Shown: one piece after another, positions 32,836 through 42,260 of the stretch
Layout of the letters: every line of letters starts with the position of its first letter
Numbering within the stretch: the stretch's first letter is position 1
Source of the DNA: an uncultured cyanobacterium
GTDB lineage: Bacteria; Cyanobacteriota; Cyanobacteriia; Cyanobacteriales; Nostocaceae
Direction: 5' to 3'
DNA length: 64,000 nucleotides
Assembly: GCA_963706595.1 (NCBI GenBank)
Contig: OY970166.1
Location: 4,992,001-5,056,000, forward strand
Program-made: the position numbers and the translations under genes
Notes under the pieces: model-generated
What the model was told of the DNA's origin: nothing
The model's input: the letters and a program-made list of their open reading frames with translations, nothing else
The model's database searches: none

Positions 32836-32888
32836 TGTGGAAAACTACTAAAATCCCTGTGGAAACCCTGTGGAATTAGTGAGGAAAA
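32836..32888 (-). promoter_or_regulatory. Phased cluster of DnaA-box-like 9-mers
   Basis: TGTGGAAAA (32836), TGTGGAAAC (32858), TGTGGAATT (32869), TGAGGAAAA (32880); reverse complement of cyanobacterial TTTTCCACA. Confidence 0.65.
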
Positions 32889-32917
32889 ATTTAGGTAATG
32901 ATAAGAATTACAAAACA

Positions 32918-32997
32918 TTGGTCATTGGTCATTGGTCATTGGTCATTTGGAAGTTACCGTCTTCTCCCCCCTGCTCCCTGCTCCCTGCTCCCCTGCC
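32918..32997. repeat. STRR2 (TTGGTCA)x4 followed by (CCCTGCT)n repeats
   Basis: Directly visible. Confidence 0.9.
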
Positions 32998-33008
32998 TCT
33001 TTCCCCTG

Positions 33009-33659
33009 CTATCGCCTACGTTCTTGTAACTTGCGATATACTGAGTTTAAATCCACCTGATGATGTGCTAAGGCAACCAGCGTATGATAGAGTAAATCTG
33101 CAACTTCACCTGCGATCGCATCCTCCTCATCATCCTTAAACGCCATTACTACCTCAGCGCTTTCCTCGCCGATCTTTTTTAAAATTTTGTTATCGCCACC
33201 TGCAAATAACTTACAGGTATAAGAAGTATCCACCGGATTGTCACGGCGATCGCATATCACCTGAAAGACTTGAGATAATGTATCCCCTGGTGGGGCGACA
33301 ATTGTCCCTTCAACTTGATGAAAACAACTACGTTCACCAGTGTGACAGGCAATATCTCCTAGTTGCTCCACTCCAATGAGTAGTGCATCACTATCACAGT
33401 CATAACGGACACTTTGCACTTTTTGAATGTGTCCAGAAGTTGCTCCCTTATGCCATAACTCCTGCCGAGAACGACTCCAAAACCAAGTTTCCCCAGTTTC
33501 TAAAGTCTTTTTTAATGATTCCTGACTCATCCACGCCATCATTAAGACAGTGCCATCCAAATAATCTTGGATAATCGCCGGCACTAAACCCCGGTCATCG
33601 TAGCAAATCTTATCAATAGGAATAGACTGTGGTAGTGAATGCGGATCAGTAGAAAACAT
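33009..33659 (-). CDS. hisIE: Bifunctional PR-AMP cyclohydrolase / PR-ATP pyrophosphatase
   Basis: [37 protein letters not shown]. Confidence 0.96.
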   Translation of the reverse strand: MFSTDPHSLPQSIPIDKICYDDRGLVPAIIQDYLDGTVLMMAWMSQESLKKTLETGETWFWSRSRQELWHKGATSGHIQKVQSVRYDCDSDALLIGVEQLGDIACHTGERSCFHQVEGTIVAPPGDTLSQVFQVICDRRDNPVDTSYTCKLFAGGDNKILKKIGEESAEVVMAFKDDEEDAIAGEVADLLYHTLVALAHHQVDLNSVYRKLQERRR

Positions 33660-33752
33660 ACCAGCTAATTTGTTCTCATTAAACATTATTGATGGATTCA
33701 CGATACCATTCTGAATAGAGCATCTGGTATGCTTATTTAAAATTCAACTTGC

Positions 33753-33951
33753 TCATTCAGCTTCAACAAAAGCACTGCTATTTGTAGTAGACTGCATCTT
33801 TACAGCACTTAAGGCTAGTTGGGGGGCTTTAGAAGCTTCTCCATACCAATGGATTGCCGAGTTCAAAGCAGGCCGGTAAAGATCCTGGCAAGCCTGGTGA
33901 TAATTTAGTGCGAATCTGTAAAAGCAAGCCTTCATCGGACTTGCATAACAT
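33753..33951 (-). pseudogene. ChaB-like small protein gene with a +1 frameshift
   Basis: ATG 33951 gives MLCKSDEGLLLQIRTKLS; after one extra base the other frame reads QACQDLYRPALNSAIHWYGEASKAPQLALSAVK; total length 3n+1. Confidence 0.6.
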
Positions 33952-34058
33952 ATTGTTATTTTTCTGGTTGGGATAACGCTATAAGGTAGAATTTCTCAAC
34001 AGTTTTTAACCCTATCCTAAGACAGAGCTTTTTATTTCCCATTATTTAGGAGAGAGCC

Positions 34059-35357
34059 TTGGTAAATACCACAATTAAAACCACAAAATCACAAGAAATT
34101 TTTGCCGCAGCCCAAAATCTCATGCCGGGAGGAGTGAATTCTCCAGTTCGCGCCTTCAAATCGGTTGGCGGGCAACCCATCGTTTTTGATCGAGTTAAAG
34201 ACGCATACATTTGGGATGTAGATGGCAACCAATATATTGATTATGTTGGCACTTGGGGTCCGGCTATTTGTGGTCATGCCCATCCAGAGGTCATCGCAGC
34301 GCTCCATGAAGCCTTAGAAAAAGGCACTAGCTTCGGCGCTCCTTCATTCCTAGAAAATGTTCTGGCAGAAATGGTAATTGATGCCGTTCCTAGCATTGAA
34401 ATGGTCAGATTTGTGAATTCCGGCACCGAAGCTTGTATGGCAGTGCTGCGGTTAATGCGGGCTTTCACAAACAGAGAGAAAATCATTAAGTTTGAAGGTT
34501 GTTACCACGGTCACGCTGATACATTCCTCGTCAAGGCTGGTTCTGGTGTAGCCACACTGGGTTTACCCGATTCGCCAGGAGTCCCCAAATCATCAACCAT
34601 CACTACCCTCACAGCTCCCTACAATGACTTGGAAGCAGTGAAAGTCTTGTTGGAACAAAACCGCGACGAGATAGCTGGGGTGATTCTGGAGCCAGTAGTT
34701 GGCAATGCTGGATTTATTACCCCGGATGCTGGTTTTCTAGAAGGTTTACGAGAACTTACCCATGAACATGGGGCTTTGCTAGTCTTTGACGAAGTAATGA
34801 CAGGTTTTCGGATTGCTTATGGTGGCGCTCAGGAAAAATTTGGTGTCACACCAGACTTAACAACCTTGGGTAAGGTTATTGGTGGAGGCTTGCCAGTGGG
34901 AGCCTACGGTGGTCGTCGGGATATTATGTCAATGATTGCTCCCGCAGGCCCTGTGTATCAAGCGGGAACTCTTTCGGGTAATCCCTTAGCAATGACGGCT
35001 GGGATTAAAACCCTGGAATTGTTACAAAGACCTGGAACTTATGAGTATCTAGATCAAATTACTCAGAAGTTAGCAAGTGGTTTAGTACAGATTGCCCAAG
35101 AAACTGGTCATCCAGCTTGTGGTGGTCAAATTAGCGCTATGTTTGGCTTATTCTTTACATCTGGACCAGTGCATAACTACGAAGATGCCAAAAAGTCAGA
35201 TATGGCTAAATTTGGTCGCTTCCATCGCGGGATGTTAGAGCGCGGTGTTTATTTAGCACCTTCTCAGTTTGAAGCTGGTTTTACCTCTTTGGCTCACACT
35301 GAAGCCGATATTGACCAGACTTTAGCAGTTGCACGAGAAGTTCTATCTAGTTTATAA
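34059..35357 (+). CDS. hemL: Glutamate-1-semialdehyde 2,1-aminomutase
   Basis: [33 protein letters not shown]. Confidence 0.98.
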   Translation: MVNTTIKTTKSQEIFAAAQNLMPGGVNSPVRAFKSVGGQPIVFDRVKDAYIWDVDGNQYIDYVGTWGPAICGHAHPEVIAALHEALEKGTSFGAPSFLENVLAEMVIDAVPSIEMVRFVNSGTEACMAVLRLMRAFTNREKIIKFEGCYHGHADTFLVKAGSGVATLGLPDSPGVPKSSTITTLTAPYNDLEAVKVLLEQNRDEIAGVILEPVVGNAGFITPDAGFLEGLRELTHEHGALLVFDEVMTGFRIAYGGAQEKFGVTPDLTTLGKVIGGGLPVGAYGGRRDIMSMIAPAGPVYQAGTLSGNPLAMTAGIKTLELLQRPGTYEYLDQITQKLASGLVQIAQETGHPACGGQISAMFGLFFTSGPVHNYEDAKKSDMAKFGRFHRGMLERGVYLAPSQFEAGFTSLAHTEADIDQTLAVAREVLSSL

Positions 35358-35419
35358 GTCGTGAGTGCTGAGTGATGGGTAGAGAAATAACTCAGGTTTA
35401 GCCAGCACTCAGCACTGTC

Positions 35420-35495
35420 CGAGGGCATCAGGGAACAACCAGGAAAACCAAGCAGTGATTCTGGGAATCCCCATCCCTCTATAGGTGGAGAGGAT
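35420..35495 (+). mobile_element. IS200/IS605 (tnpB) right-end remnant, interrupted 5 bp before its terminus
   Basis: ...CCAAGCAGTGATTCTGGGAATCCCCATCCCTCTATAGGTGGAGAGGAT; the expected terminal GTCAA is found at 35679-35683. Confidence 0.65.
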
Positions 35496-35678
35496 TTGAC
35501 ATACCTCCTCTTCCTGAAGGAGAGAGGATTCCTTAACGCTTCATTGGGTTGTGCTATCGAAATAGTCTTACCATCCCTCGACGTTCGTTTAAAGTCTCCC
35601 AATGCCCTGTGGCGACTATATTCAAATTTTACCAGAAAGCCGTCCTAAAAGTACGGGGCTTGTATCCCATTATTCTCG
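35496..35678 (-). mobile_element. Non-autonomous IS200/IS605-derived element (PATE-like), probably encoding an omega/reRNA
   Basis: Minus strand: TTGAC | left-end hairpin AAGCCCCGT...ACGGCTT, TGGTAAAAT, structured core, right-end hairpin GAATCCTCTCTCCTTCAGGAAGAGGAGGTATGTCAA; no transposase ORF. Confidence 0.75.
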
Positions 35679-35679
35679 G

Positions 35680-35841
35680 TCAACAGCCACAGCCTTTATG
35701 GTTACAGCCTTTGATAGTTTTATGACCTTCAGCACAGCCTTCAGAACAATAGTATTGATCTTCTTTTTTGATGGCATCCTCAAGTGAAACAATACATAAG
35801 CAATTGGGACAAGCGCATTTCATTTGGGTTACGGTAGTCAT
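35680..35841 (-). CDS. smtA: Bacterial metallothionein (53 aa; absent from the ORF track)
   Basis: MTTVTQMKCACPNCLCIVSLEDAIKKEDQYYCSEGCAEGHKTIKGCNHKGCGC; SmtA/BmtA Cys/His pattern. Confidence 0.96.
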   Translation of the reverse strand: MTTVTQMKCACPNCLCIVSLEDAIKKEDQYYCSEGCAEGHKTIKGCNHKGCGC

Positions 35842-35880
35842 ATTTTTTTTCCATTCATGTTTGAATAATTATTATCTTAC

Positions 35881-35906
35881 AATACCTGAACATATATTCA
35901 ACTATT
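35881..35906. promoter_or_regulatory. SmtB/ZiaR-type 12-2-12 operator
   Basis: AATACCTGAACA-TA-TATTCAACTATT, 40 bp upstream of the smtA start. Confidence 0.85.
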
Positions 35907-36240
35907 CTTGATATATTTAAATTTGTGAAGATACAAAGCAGAGAAACTTAAGATGATTTGAGGAAATTACGTATATTTACTGTTGATGCCAAATTAACGG
36001 CCGATTAAAAATCTAAAATGGGTATTTTACACTAAAAGAAGAGCATGGACACTATTTGGGAGTGTAAGTATCAGAAATAATCTGGTTTTAGTAATTATCG
36101 TACGTAATCCTGAGTTAAGTTTAGGAACTCTTCAAAGAATTTACCGCAGAAATCACCTAGCAAGAGTGAATTAGGAGTGCTAATAATTAAAAGAGAGTGT
36201 AACGCTTCGAGTCATTATTCGTGCAGCGAGTTGACAGTGC

Positions 36241-37845
36241 ATGAGCTATTGCTTAAATCCTACCTGCCTTAGTCCAGAAAATCCGGCATATAGCCACAGG
36301 TGCCAGTCATGTGGCTCGCGATTATTATTGCGCGATCGCTATCGGGTGGTCAAACCATTAGGTCAGGGTGGCTTTGGAGCAACATTCTTAGCTCATGATC
36401 AAGCCTTACCAGGAGAACCAAGTTGTGTAATCAAGCAACTACGCCCTTCAGGAACCGCACCACACATCTTGCAAATGGCGCGAGAGTTATTTGAGCGAGA
36501 AGCCAAAACTCTAGGTAGGATTGGGAATCATCCCCAAGTACCAAGGTTACTTGACTATTTTGAAGAGCAAGAACAATTCTATTTAATTCAAGAATATATT
36601 AGTGGTGCAACACTGCAACAAGAGGTCAAACTCAATGGTTTCTTCAGCGAAACTGGAATCAAACAATTTTTGAGCGAGACTTTGCCGTTGGTGCAGTATA
36701 TCCACGAGCAAAAAGTCATTCACCGTGACATCAAGCCAGCCAATTTAATTCGCCGGACTCAAGATGCCAGAATGGTGCTGATTGACTTTGGTGCTGTCAA
36801 AAATCAAGTCAGCCAAGCTGCACTCAATCAATCGGGACAGACAGCATTAACTGCTTATGCCATTGGGACTCCTGGTTTCGCACCTCCAGAGCAAATGGCT
36901 ATGCGTCCAGTCTACGCCAGTGATATCTACGCCTTGGGTGTTACCTGTATTTATCTACTGAGTGGCAAAACTCCTAAAGATTTAGATTACAATCCCAAAA
37001 CAGGCGAGATGATGTGGGAACATTTGGTGCAAGCAAGTGACCATCTAACTACTGTGCTGCGAAAAATGTTAGATGTGTCAGTACGCAATCGCTACCAGTC
37101 AGCCGAAGAAGTACTCAGAGCCTTAGACATAGAACCTTATTTGGAAAGTTTAGCCCAGGGTTTGCTGGTTAAATCTGATTCTAGTGCGAAAGCGCCAACA
37201 TATAGCCGCCCGGAAAATTCTGCTGTTTTATGCAACAACTCTTCTGCTGCTGTTAGTAGTGGAGGTAGTGCAGCACAAATGGCGGCAGCAATTCGAGCTA
37301 GACGAGCCAAGAAAGCCGAAGCTGGGGGAATGGGTCAGGGAACTGTGGCAGGCAAATCAAGAACTTTTGACAGTAATACCAGTGTTACTGCACACACCAA
37401 AAGTTCTCAAGAGCGCAAATTAAATCCCCAAAGTTTACTAACAGCTTATCTCAAGGGAAGACGGGATTTTGCTCTACACAATTTAAGTTTTCTGAAATTA
37501 CCGAACGCTGACTTATCCGAAACAAATTTTCATTCTGCTCAATTCCAAGGTACTAATCTCCAAGGTGCTAATCTTTACAATAGCGACTTTGGCAGAGCTA
37601 GTCTCACTAAAGCAATTCTGAAGGATGCTAATCTGAGTAAAGCCTATTTCCACCATGCTGATTTAGAAGGCGCAGACCTACGAGGCGCAGACCTCAGCGA
37701 TGCCTATCTCCGAGGTGCTAATCTCCGAGGTGCTAATCTGTGTGGTGCTAATCTCACTGGTGCCAAGGTTTCTGATGAGCAAATAGCGTTAGCGAAAACT
37801 AATTGGAAAACAATACGTCCCAATGGTAAACGAGGTCTATTGTAA
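36241..37845 (+). CDS. Ser/Thr protein kinase with C-terminal pentapeptide repeats (SpkB-like)
   Basis: N-terminal 4-Cys motif, LGQGGFG, HRDIKPAN, DFG, A(N/D)LxG repeats. Confidence 0.93.
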   Translation: MSYCLNPTCLSPENPAYSHRCQSCGSRLLLRDRYRVVKPLGQGGFGATFLAHDQALPGEPSCVIKQLRPSGTAPHILQMARELFEREAKTLGRIGNHPQVPRLLDYFEEQEQFYLIQEYISGATLQQEVKLNGFFSETGIKQFLSETLPLVQYIHEQKVIHRDIKPANLIRRTQDARMVLIDFGAVKNQVSQAALNQSGQTALTAYAIGTPGFAPPEQMAMRPVYASDIYALGVTCIYLLSGKTPKDLDYNPKTGEMMWEHLVQASDHLTTVLRKMLDVSVRNRYQSAEEVLRALDIEPYLESLAQGLLVKSDSSAKAPTYSRPENSAVLCNNSSAAVSSGGSAAQMAAAIRARRAKKAEAGGMGQGTVAGKSRTFDSNTSVTAHTKSSQERKLNPQSLLTAYLKGRRDFALHNLSFLKLPNADLSETNFHSAQFQGTNLQGANLYNSDFGRASLTKAILKDANLSKAYFHHADLEGADLRGADLSDAYLRGANLRGANLCGANLTGAKVSDEQIALAKTNWKTIRPNGKRGLL

Positions 37846-37852
37846 TTTCAAA

Positions 37853-37890
37853 TACAAAAGACTGAACCTATATCAGTCCAGTCTTTTGTA
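37853..37890. terminator. Probable bidirectional terminator
   Basis: TACAAAAGACTG...CAGTCTTTTGTA perfect 12-bp stem just after the kinase stop. Confidence 0.7.
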
Positions 37891-37904
37891 GGAACGCATT
37901 CTTT

Positions 37905-38313
37905 TACAGCACATTTCATCTGAGTGAGGTACACAAGGGGGGTCATGATGCCCACCCCACAAGATTTTAGAACTTACGCACTTTACAAATTAATCAGGGT
38001 ATGCTTTCAATAAAATAGGTCGTTTCAGACTTTTATCCCCGATTATTTTGATTGTAAATAGACCAGCATTGTAGGGGTTTAGCATTGCTAAACCCTGACG
38101 AAAGATATGGTTTTTGACAATACATATTTAATATTAATTGTCAATGCGTAACTTCTAAATTTATAGTATTATAGCAACCGCTAAGGTGCTTAGGACAAAA
38201 ACAGATTATAAAACCCTTGTAATTCAGGAGTTTTAAGCCTGCCCCCTGCTATAAAATGTGTGGCGTTGCTGAAACCAAGTTAGGTGTAGAGACATGACAT
38301 TTCACGTCTCTAC
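37905..38313. mobile_element. Cluster of nested MITE/SDR fragments between the convergent kinase gene and recA
   Basis: TACAGCA-type end at 37905; TAGAACTTACGCA...TGCGTAACTTCTA TIR pair (37968-38157); TGTAGAGAC...GTCTCTACA palindrome near 38285-38313. Confidence 0.65.
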
Positions 38314-38324
38314 AGGGGTTTTGA

Positions 38325-39398
38325 CTATTCTTCTTCTTCTAATTCAACTTCTTCTTCTTCCTGATTGGCTTTGGCTACAGAGTTAGCAGAAACAACAGCC
38401 CCCATATCTAGCTTTTGCCGCACCAGTTCCTTAATTTCGGCAGTAAATTCGGGCTTTTCTTCGAGGTATTTGATAGCGTTATCTCGACCTTGGGAAATGT
38501 TATCACCGTTATAACTGTACCAGGCTCCTTTGCGAACAATAACGGCTGTTTCTTCTGCTAAGTCCACCAGACAGCCCAAGGTGGAAATTCCTTTACCAAA
38601 GATAATGTCAAATTCCGCGATTCTAAAGGGCGGTGCAACTTTATTTTTGGCGACTTTGACTTTGACTCGGTTCCCAAATTCTTCTGTGCCTTTTTTCAAG
38701 GTTTGAATCCGGCGAATATCCAGGCGGACTGAGGCGTAAAACTTCAAGGCGTTACCGCCAGTTGTAGTTTCTGGGCTACCGTAAGTAATACCGATTTTTT
38801 GCCGTAACTGGTTGATGAAAATAACTGTGCAGCCAGATTTACCTATATTACCAGTGATTTTACGGAGGGCTTGGCTCATTAACCGGGCTTGAAGACCAAC
38901 GTGGATATCACCCATATCACCTTCAATTTCCGCACGAGGTACTAGTGCTGCTACTGAGTCAATGACGACAATATCAACTGCGGCGGAGCGCACTAGCTGA
39001 TCGACAATTTCTAAAGCCGATTCGCCGGTATCAGGTTGGGAAACTAGCAAATTTTCAATATCTACACCCAAAGCCGCCGCATAGGTAGGATCAAGGGCGT
39101 GTTCAGCATCAACGAAGGCTGCAACACCGCCATTTTTTTGCACTTCTGCGAGGGCGTGTAGGGCGACTGTGGTTTTACCAGAACTTTCTGGCCCATAAAT
39201 TTCAATTACTCGTCCTTTGGGTAGTCCTCCGCCCAATGCTAAATCTAAGGTGAGCGCCCCTGTGGAAATTGTCTCTACTCGCATCCGGGTAGCATCGCCC
39301 AGGCGCATAATTGCTCCTTTACCGAAGCTGCGCTCAATCTGGTTGAGTACGATATTTAATGCTTTTTCTTTGCCAGAAGTATCTGTGTTAATAGCCAT
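38325..39398 (-). CDS. recA: Recombinase RecA
   Basis: [26 protein letters not shown]. Confidence 0.99.
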   Translation of the reverse strand: MAINTDTSGKEKALNIVLNQIERSFGKGAIMRLGDATRMRVETISTGALTLDLALGGGLPKGRVIEIYGPESSGKTTVALHALAEVQKNGGVAAFVDAEHALDPTYAAALGVDIENLLVSQPDTGESALEIVDQLVRSAAVDIVVIDSVAALVPRAEIEGDMGDIHVGLQARLMSQALRKITGNIGKSGCTVIFINQLRQKIGITYGSPETTTGGNALKFYASVRLDIRRIQTLKKGTEEFGNRVKVKVAKNKVAPPFRIAEFDIIFGKGISTLGCLVDLAEETAVIVRKGAWYSYNGDNISQGRDNAIKYLEEKPEFTAEIKELVRQKLDMGAVVSANSVAKANQEEEEVELEEEE

Positions 39399-39460
39399 TA
39401 GGGACCTCTAAATATAGGAAGTTATATGGATGTCAGGAATCTTGGGCTGGGAGTCTGAGG

Positions 39461-39474
39461 AGAACAGATATACT
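39461..39474 (-). promoter_or_regulatory. Cyanobacterial LexA (SOS) box upstream of recA
   Basis: Minus strand AGTATATCTGTTCT, one mismatch to RGTAC-NNN-DGTWCB. Confidence 0.75.
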
Positions 39475-39788
39475 ATTGTAACCAGAATTTTCTAGAATAG
39501 AACTTTTAAAACAGAAAGGTGACTAAATCGTTATGCGATCGCTCTCAAATTAGGTGAGCAATACTACATAATTATAGGACAATTTTTTAACTCCAGAGCT
39601 ACGCAGACCAAACAAGACTTGAAGCTATTATCAGGCGATCGCTTGAATTTGACTACCTCCCAAAAAGCTGAGATTTTCTAGTTTAGACGAAAGCAAAGTG
39701 GTTTATTGGCTATTTATCTGCGACTAACTCCAGTTTACAGTCAAGCGCTCCACTGGCTAGGAGTAAGTTATGGAGAGCTTGAAGATTG

Positions 39789-39923
39789 TCAAGTTTTGTA
39801 TACAAAACCAGTGAGCATCTGTCCCTGTTTAAATCTTTCAGCCAACTGACGTTGAGAGCCTTCCTTTGTGAAGCAAGCTATAATCACACGACGACGCAAA
39901 TCACCTGAGTCCGATACTGGCAT
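39789..39923 (-). pseudogene. IS630-family transposase N-terminal fragment
   Basis: MPVSDSGDLRRRVIIACFTKEGSQRQLAERFK resembles the IS630 HTH start (YSxDLRxRV...SQRQLAERFK); truncated at 44 aa. Confidence 0.6.
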
Positions 39924-39955
39924 CGAATCTAACAATTACTCCTTTTTGAAATCGC

Positions 39956-40441
39956 CTAAATTCCTAGAACCTTTTTCAGGTTCTGCACAATTAATTGGGG
40001 TGGCTCAGAAACATCTACACATATAGCGTCATCTGGCTCCTCAAGGGCATCTAACTGGCTGCTGAGGAGTTTTTCTGACATAAAATGATTTTGCCGTCCG
40101 ATGAGTCGCTGTTGGAGCAAATCTAAACTGCCGTGGAGGTAAATTAGCTTGATGCATTCAGCATTTAATACTAAGTATTGGCGATAATCGGCTTTGAGTG
40201 CAGAACAGGCTAATACTACATTTTCGTTTTCTTTTAACCACAGTGCGATCGCTGTTTGCAAATCTTTCAGCCAAGGCTTTCTATCGGCATCATTGAGGGG
40301 AATACCCAGGCGCATTTTTTCAATGTTATCTATGGAATGAAATTCATCAGCGTCTTTAAATTCCCAGTCTAAGGCATCGGCTAATAGTTTACCAATTGTG
40401 GTTTTGCCGGCACCGGAGACACCCATGATGATAATTATCAT
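39956..40441 (-). CDS. gntK: Gluconokinase (GntK/IdnK type)
   Basis: MGVSGAGKTT, DADEFH, PLNDADRKPWL, ACSALK, HFM...SQLDALE. Confidence 0.93.
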   Translation of the reverse strand: MIIIIMGVSGAGKTTIGKLLADALDWEFKDADEFHSIDNIEKMRLGIPLNDADRKPWLKDLQTAIALWLKENENVVLACSALKADYRQYLVLNAECIKLIYLHGSLDLLQQRLIGRQNHFMSEKLLSSQLDALEEPDDAICVDVSEPPQLIVQNLKKVLGI

Positions 40442-40496
40442 TGTTTTTAACGCAGAGGTACGCGGAGGTAAGCGCGAAGGTACGCAAAGAGGAGAA

Positions 40497-41222
40497 TTAA
40501 ATTTTGAGCTTTGCTAAACCTATATAGCGTATGCCTTCTGGAGATACATCAAACCGACAGGGTAATACTTCTAAGCCGAGTGCGATCGCACTTCGCAATA
40601 GTTTACCATATACTGGGTCTGTAATATCACCAGGGGCAAATTCGGTACAATCACTCCGATTGATGAAGTACAACATCACCGCACGAGTTTGGGGTAAAAG
40701 TGCTGTTAATTCCCGTAAATGCTTTTGTCCTCTGGTGGTTTCGGTGTCGGGAAATAGGGCTAAACTCCCTTGCGCCCAAGTTGTATTTTTGACTTCTAAA
40801 TAAATTGGGCGTTCTTCGTCGCTACCTGTCAAGAAAAAATCTACCCGACTTTTTTTATCTTGTCCATAAACTACTTCGCCTTTAATTTGGGTATAGTCTC
40901 CCAATTCGGGAAAGAGGTATTTTGCTAATGCTAGTTTTATTATGCGATTGGGTAACATGGTATTCACTCCTACCCAAGTTGGTTGGTTATCATGTACCTG
41001 AATCAATTCTAAAGTGTAACCCAATTTGCGCTGGGGATTATCACTTTTAGACACTTGCACTGCACTACCAAGAGTAGATACTCCCGTCATTGGCCCTGTG
41101 TTAGGACAATGTGCTGTAACTATTTCGCCAGAATCAAGTTGAACATCAGCAAAAAATCTTTTGTAGCGCTTGAGTAGTATTCCCGAATATAGAGGTGGAT
41201 AGTTGTAAAGCCAGTCAATCAT
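40497..41222 (-). CDS. sfsA: DNA/RNA nuclease SfsA
   Basis: KRYKRF, AHCPNTG, YLEVKN, FPDTETTRGQKHL. Confidence 0.95.
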   Translation of the reverse strand: MIDWLYNYPPLYSGILLKRYKRFFADVQLDSGEIVTAHCPNTGPMTGVSTLGSAVQVSKSDNPQRKLGYTLELIQVHDNQPTWVGVNTMLPNRIIKLALAKYLFPELGDYTQIKGEVVYGQDKKSRVDFFLTGSDEERPIYLEVKNTTWAQGSLALFPDTETTRGQKHLRELTALLPQTRAVMLYFINRSDCTEFAPGDITDPVYGKLLRSAIALGLEVLPCRFDVSPEGIRYIGLAKLKI

Positions 41223-41511
41223 AAGAAGTGCTGAGTGATAAGTGATGAAACCGCCCACAATGGGAGAGTTATTTAGCATCCCAGAGGGGTTTGATCAAAA
41301 CTGTTTGCTGTTAGTGAATATACATTGATTTTTATCCCTTTGCCTTTATCGATAAATATCTTTCCAAAGGTGAATGAATTACATATCACAATTAGTCAAT
41401 TTATGTAGTCAATTTGACGACAATTTAATAAACAGCCGCATATACTCAGTAATATAAGCCTCTCATCCAGCAACAGGGGGGAGGATTGAAATATATAAGC
41501 AGGTAAATCCT

Positions 41512-42183
41512 ATGCAACAAGTATGGGAATCGACAGAATTAGAATATGCCTTTTTGTTTACCCTCAGAAAGGTAAATTCCATAAATCCAGAAAGTTTCAA
41601 CCCATTCTTTAATAATTTACCAGATGATCCCTATCTTAAAGGTAATTATCGTTCAAGAAGATTATCTAGGTTTATCGCTGCTGAGGATAAATTAATTAAA
41701 TTACCTCACGGCTACCTCTTCCAAGGTAAAGATTATAATCCATTATTAGGAGATATTAAAAGAGAATTTGCAGAATTAGAAGATGAACTTGTAGAACTGG
41801 ATAGTTTTAAAAATTTGGTTTTAGCATTTAGTGAATCTTGTAAACTGCATCCAGAAGCAGAAATAGGAGTGCATCAAATTAGAACCATCTGTTCGCCCCA
41901 TAACTTAGGAAATCCAGCCCCAGAAGGAATCCATCAAGATGGTACAGACTTTATTGGAATCTTCTCTGTAAATAGAGAAAATATTCAAGGTGGAGAAACC
42001 CACTTATATACAGCCAAAAAAGAGAAACCAGTATTTAGTAAAATCCTAAATTCGGGAGAAATCCTATTAGTCAACAATCATGAATTTTTCCACTTTACCA
42101 CACCCATCAAACCACAGATAGAAGGACAAGGAACTAGAGATGTTTTCGTCTTAACCTCTCCCAGCTTATTGATAGATTACTAA
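41512..42183 (+). CDS. 2OG-Fe(II) dioxygenase family protein (2OG-Fe_Oxy_2 type)
   Basis: VHQIR, PEGIHQDG (HxD), FHFTTPI, RDV. Confidence 0.88.
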   Translation: MQQVWESTELEYAFLFTLRKVNSINPESFNPFFNNLPDDPYLKGNYRSRRLSRFIAAEDKLIKLPHGYLFQGKDYNPLLGDIKREFAELEDELVELDSFKNLVLAFSESCKLHPEAEIGVHQIRTICSPHNLGNPAPEGIHQDGTDFIGIFSVNRENIQGGETHLYTAKKEKPVFSKILNSGEILLVNNHEFFHFTTPIKPQIEGQGTRDVFVLTSPSLLIDY

Positions 42184-42260
42184 TCCCATTTTCTCTCTTT
42201 CCTTCTTTCTTCCTTTGTGTACTTGGCGTACTTGGCGGTTCGTTAATCTTCATCCAAAAT

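Noticed and set aside
35294..35787. ORFs 35294-35602 (-) and 35602-35787 (+)
   Set aside because: Chance frames over the IS605 ends and antisense to smtA.
39560..39950. Possible tmRNA or other structural RNA upstream of recA
   Set aside because: No tRNA-like ends or tag ORF; better explained as IS630 debris. A plus-strand transposase C-terminal remnant near 39577-39727 was too degraded to call.
41430..41500. Possible riboswitch upstream of the 2OG-Fe dioxygenase
   Set aside because: One modest hairpin and no recognisable aptamer consensus.
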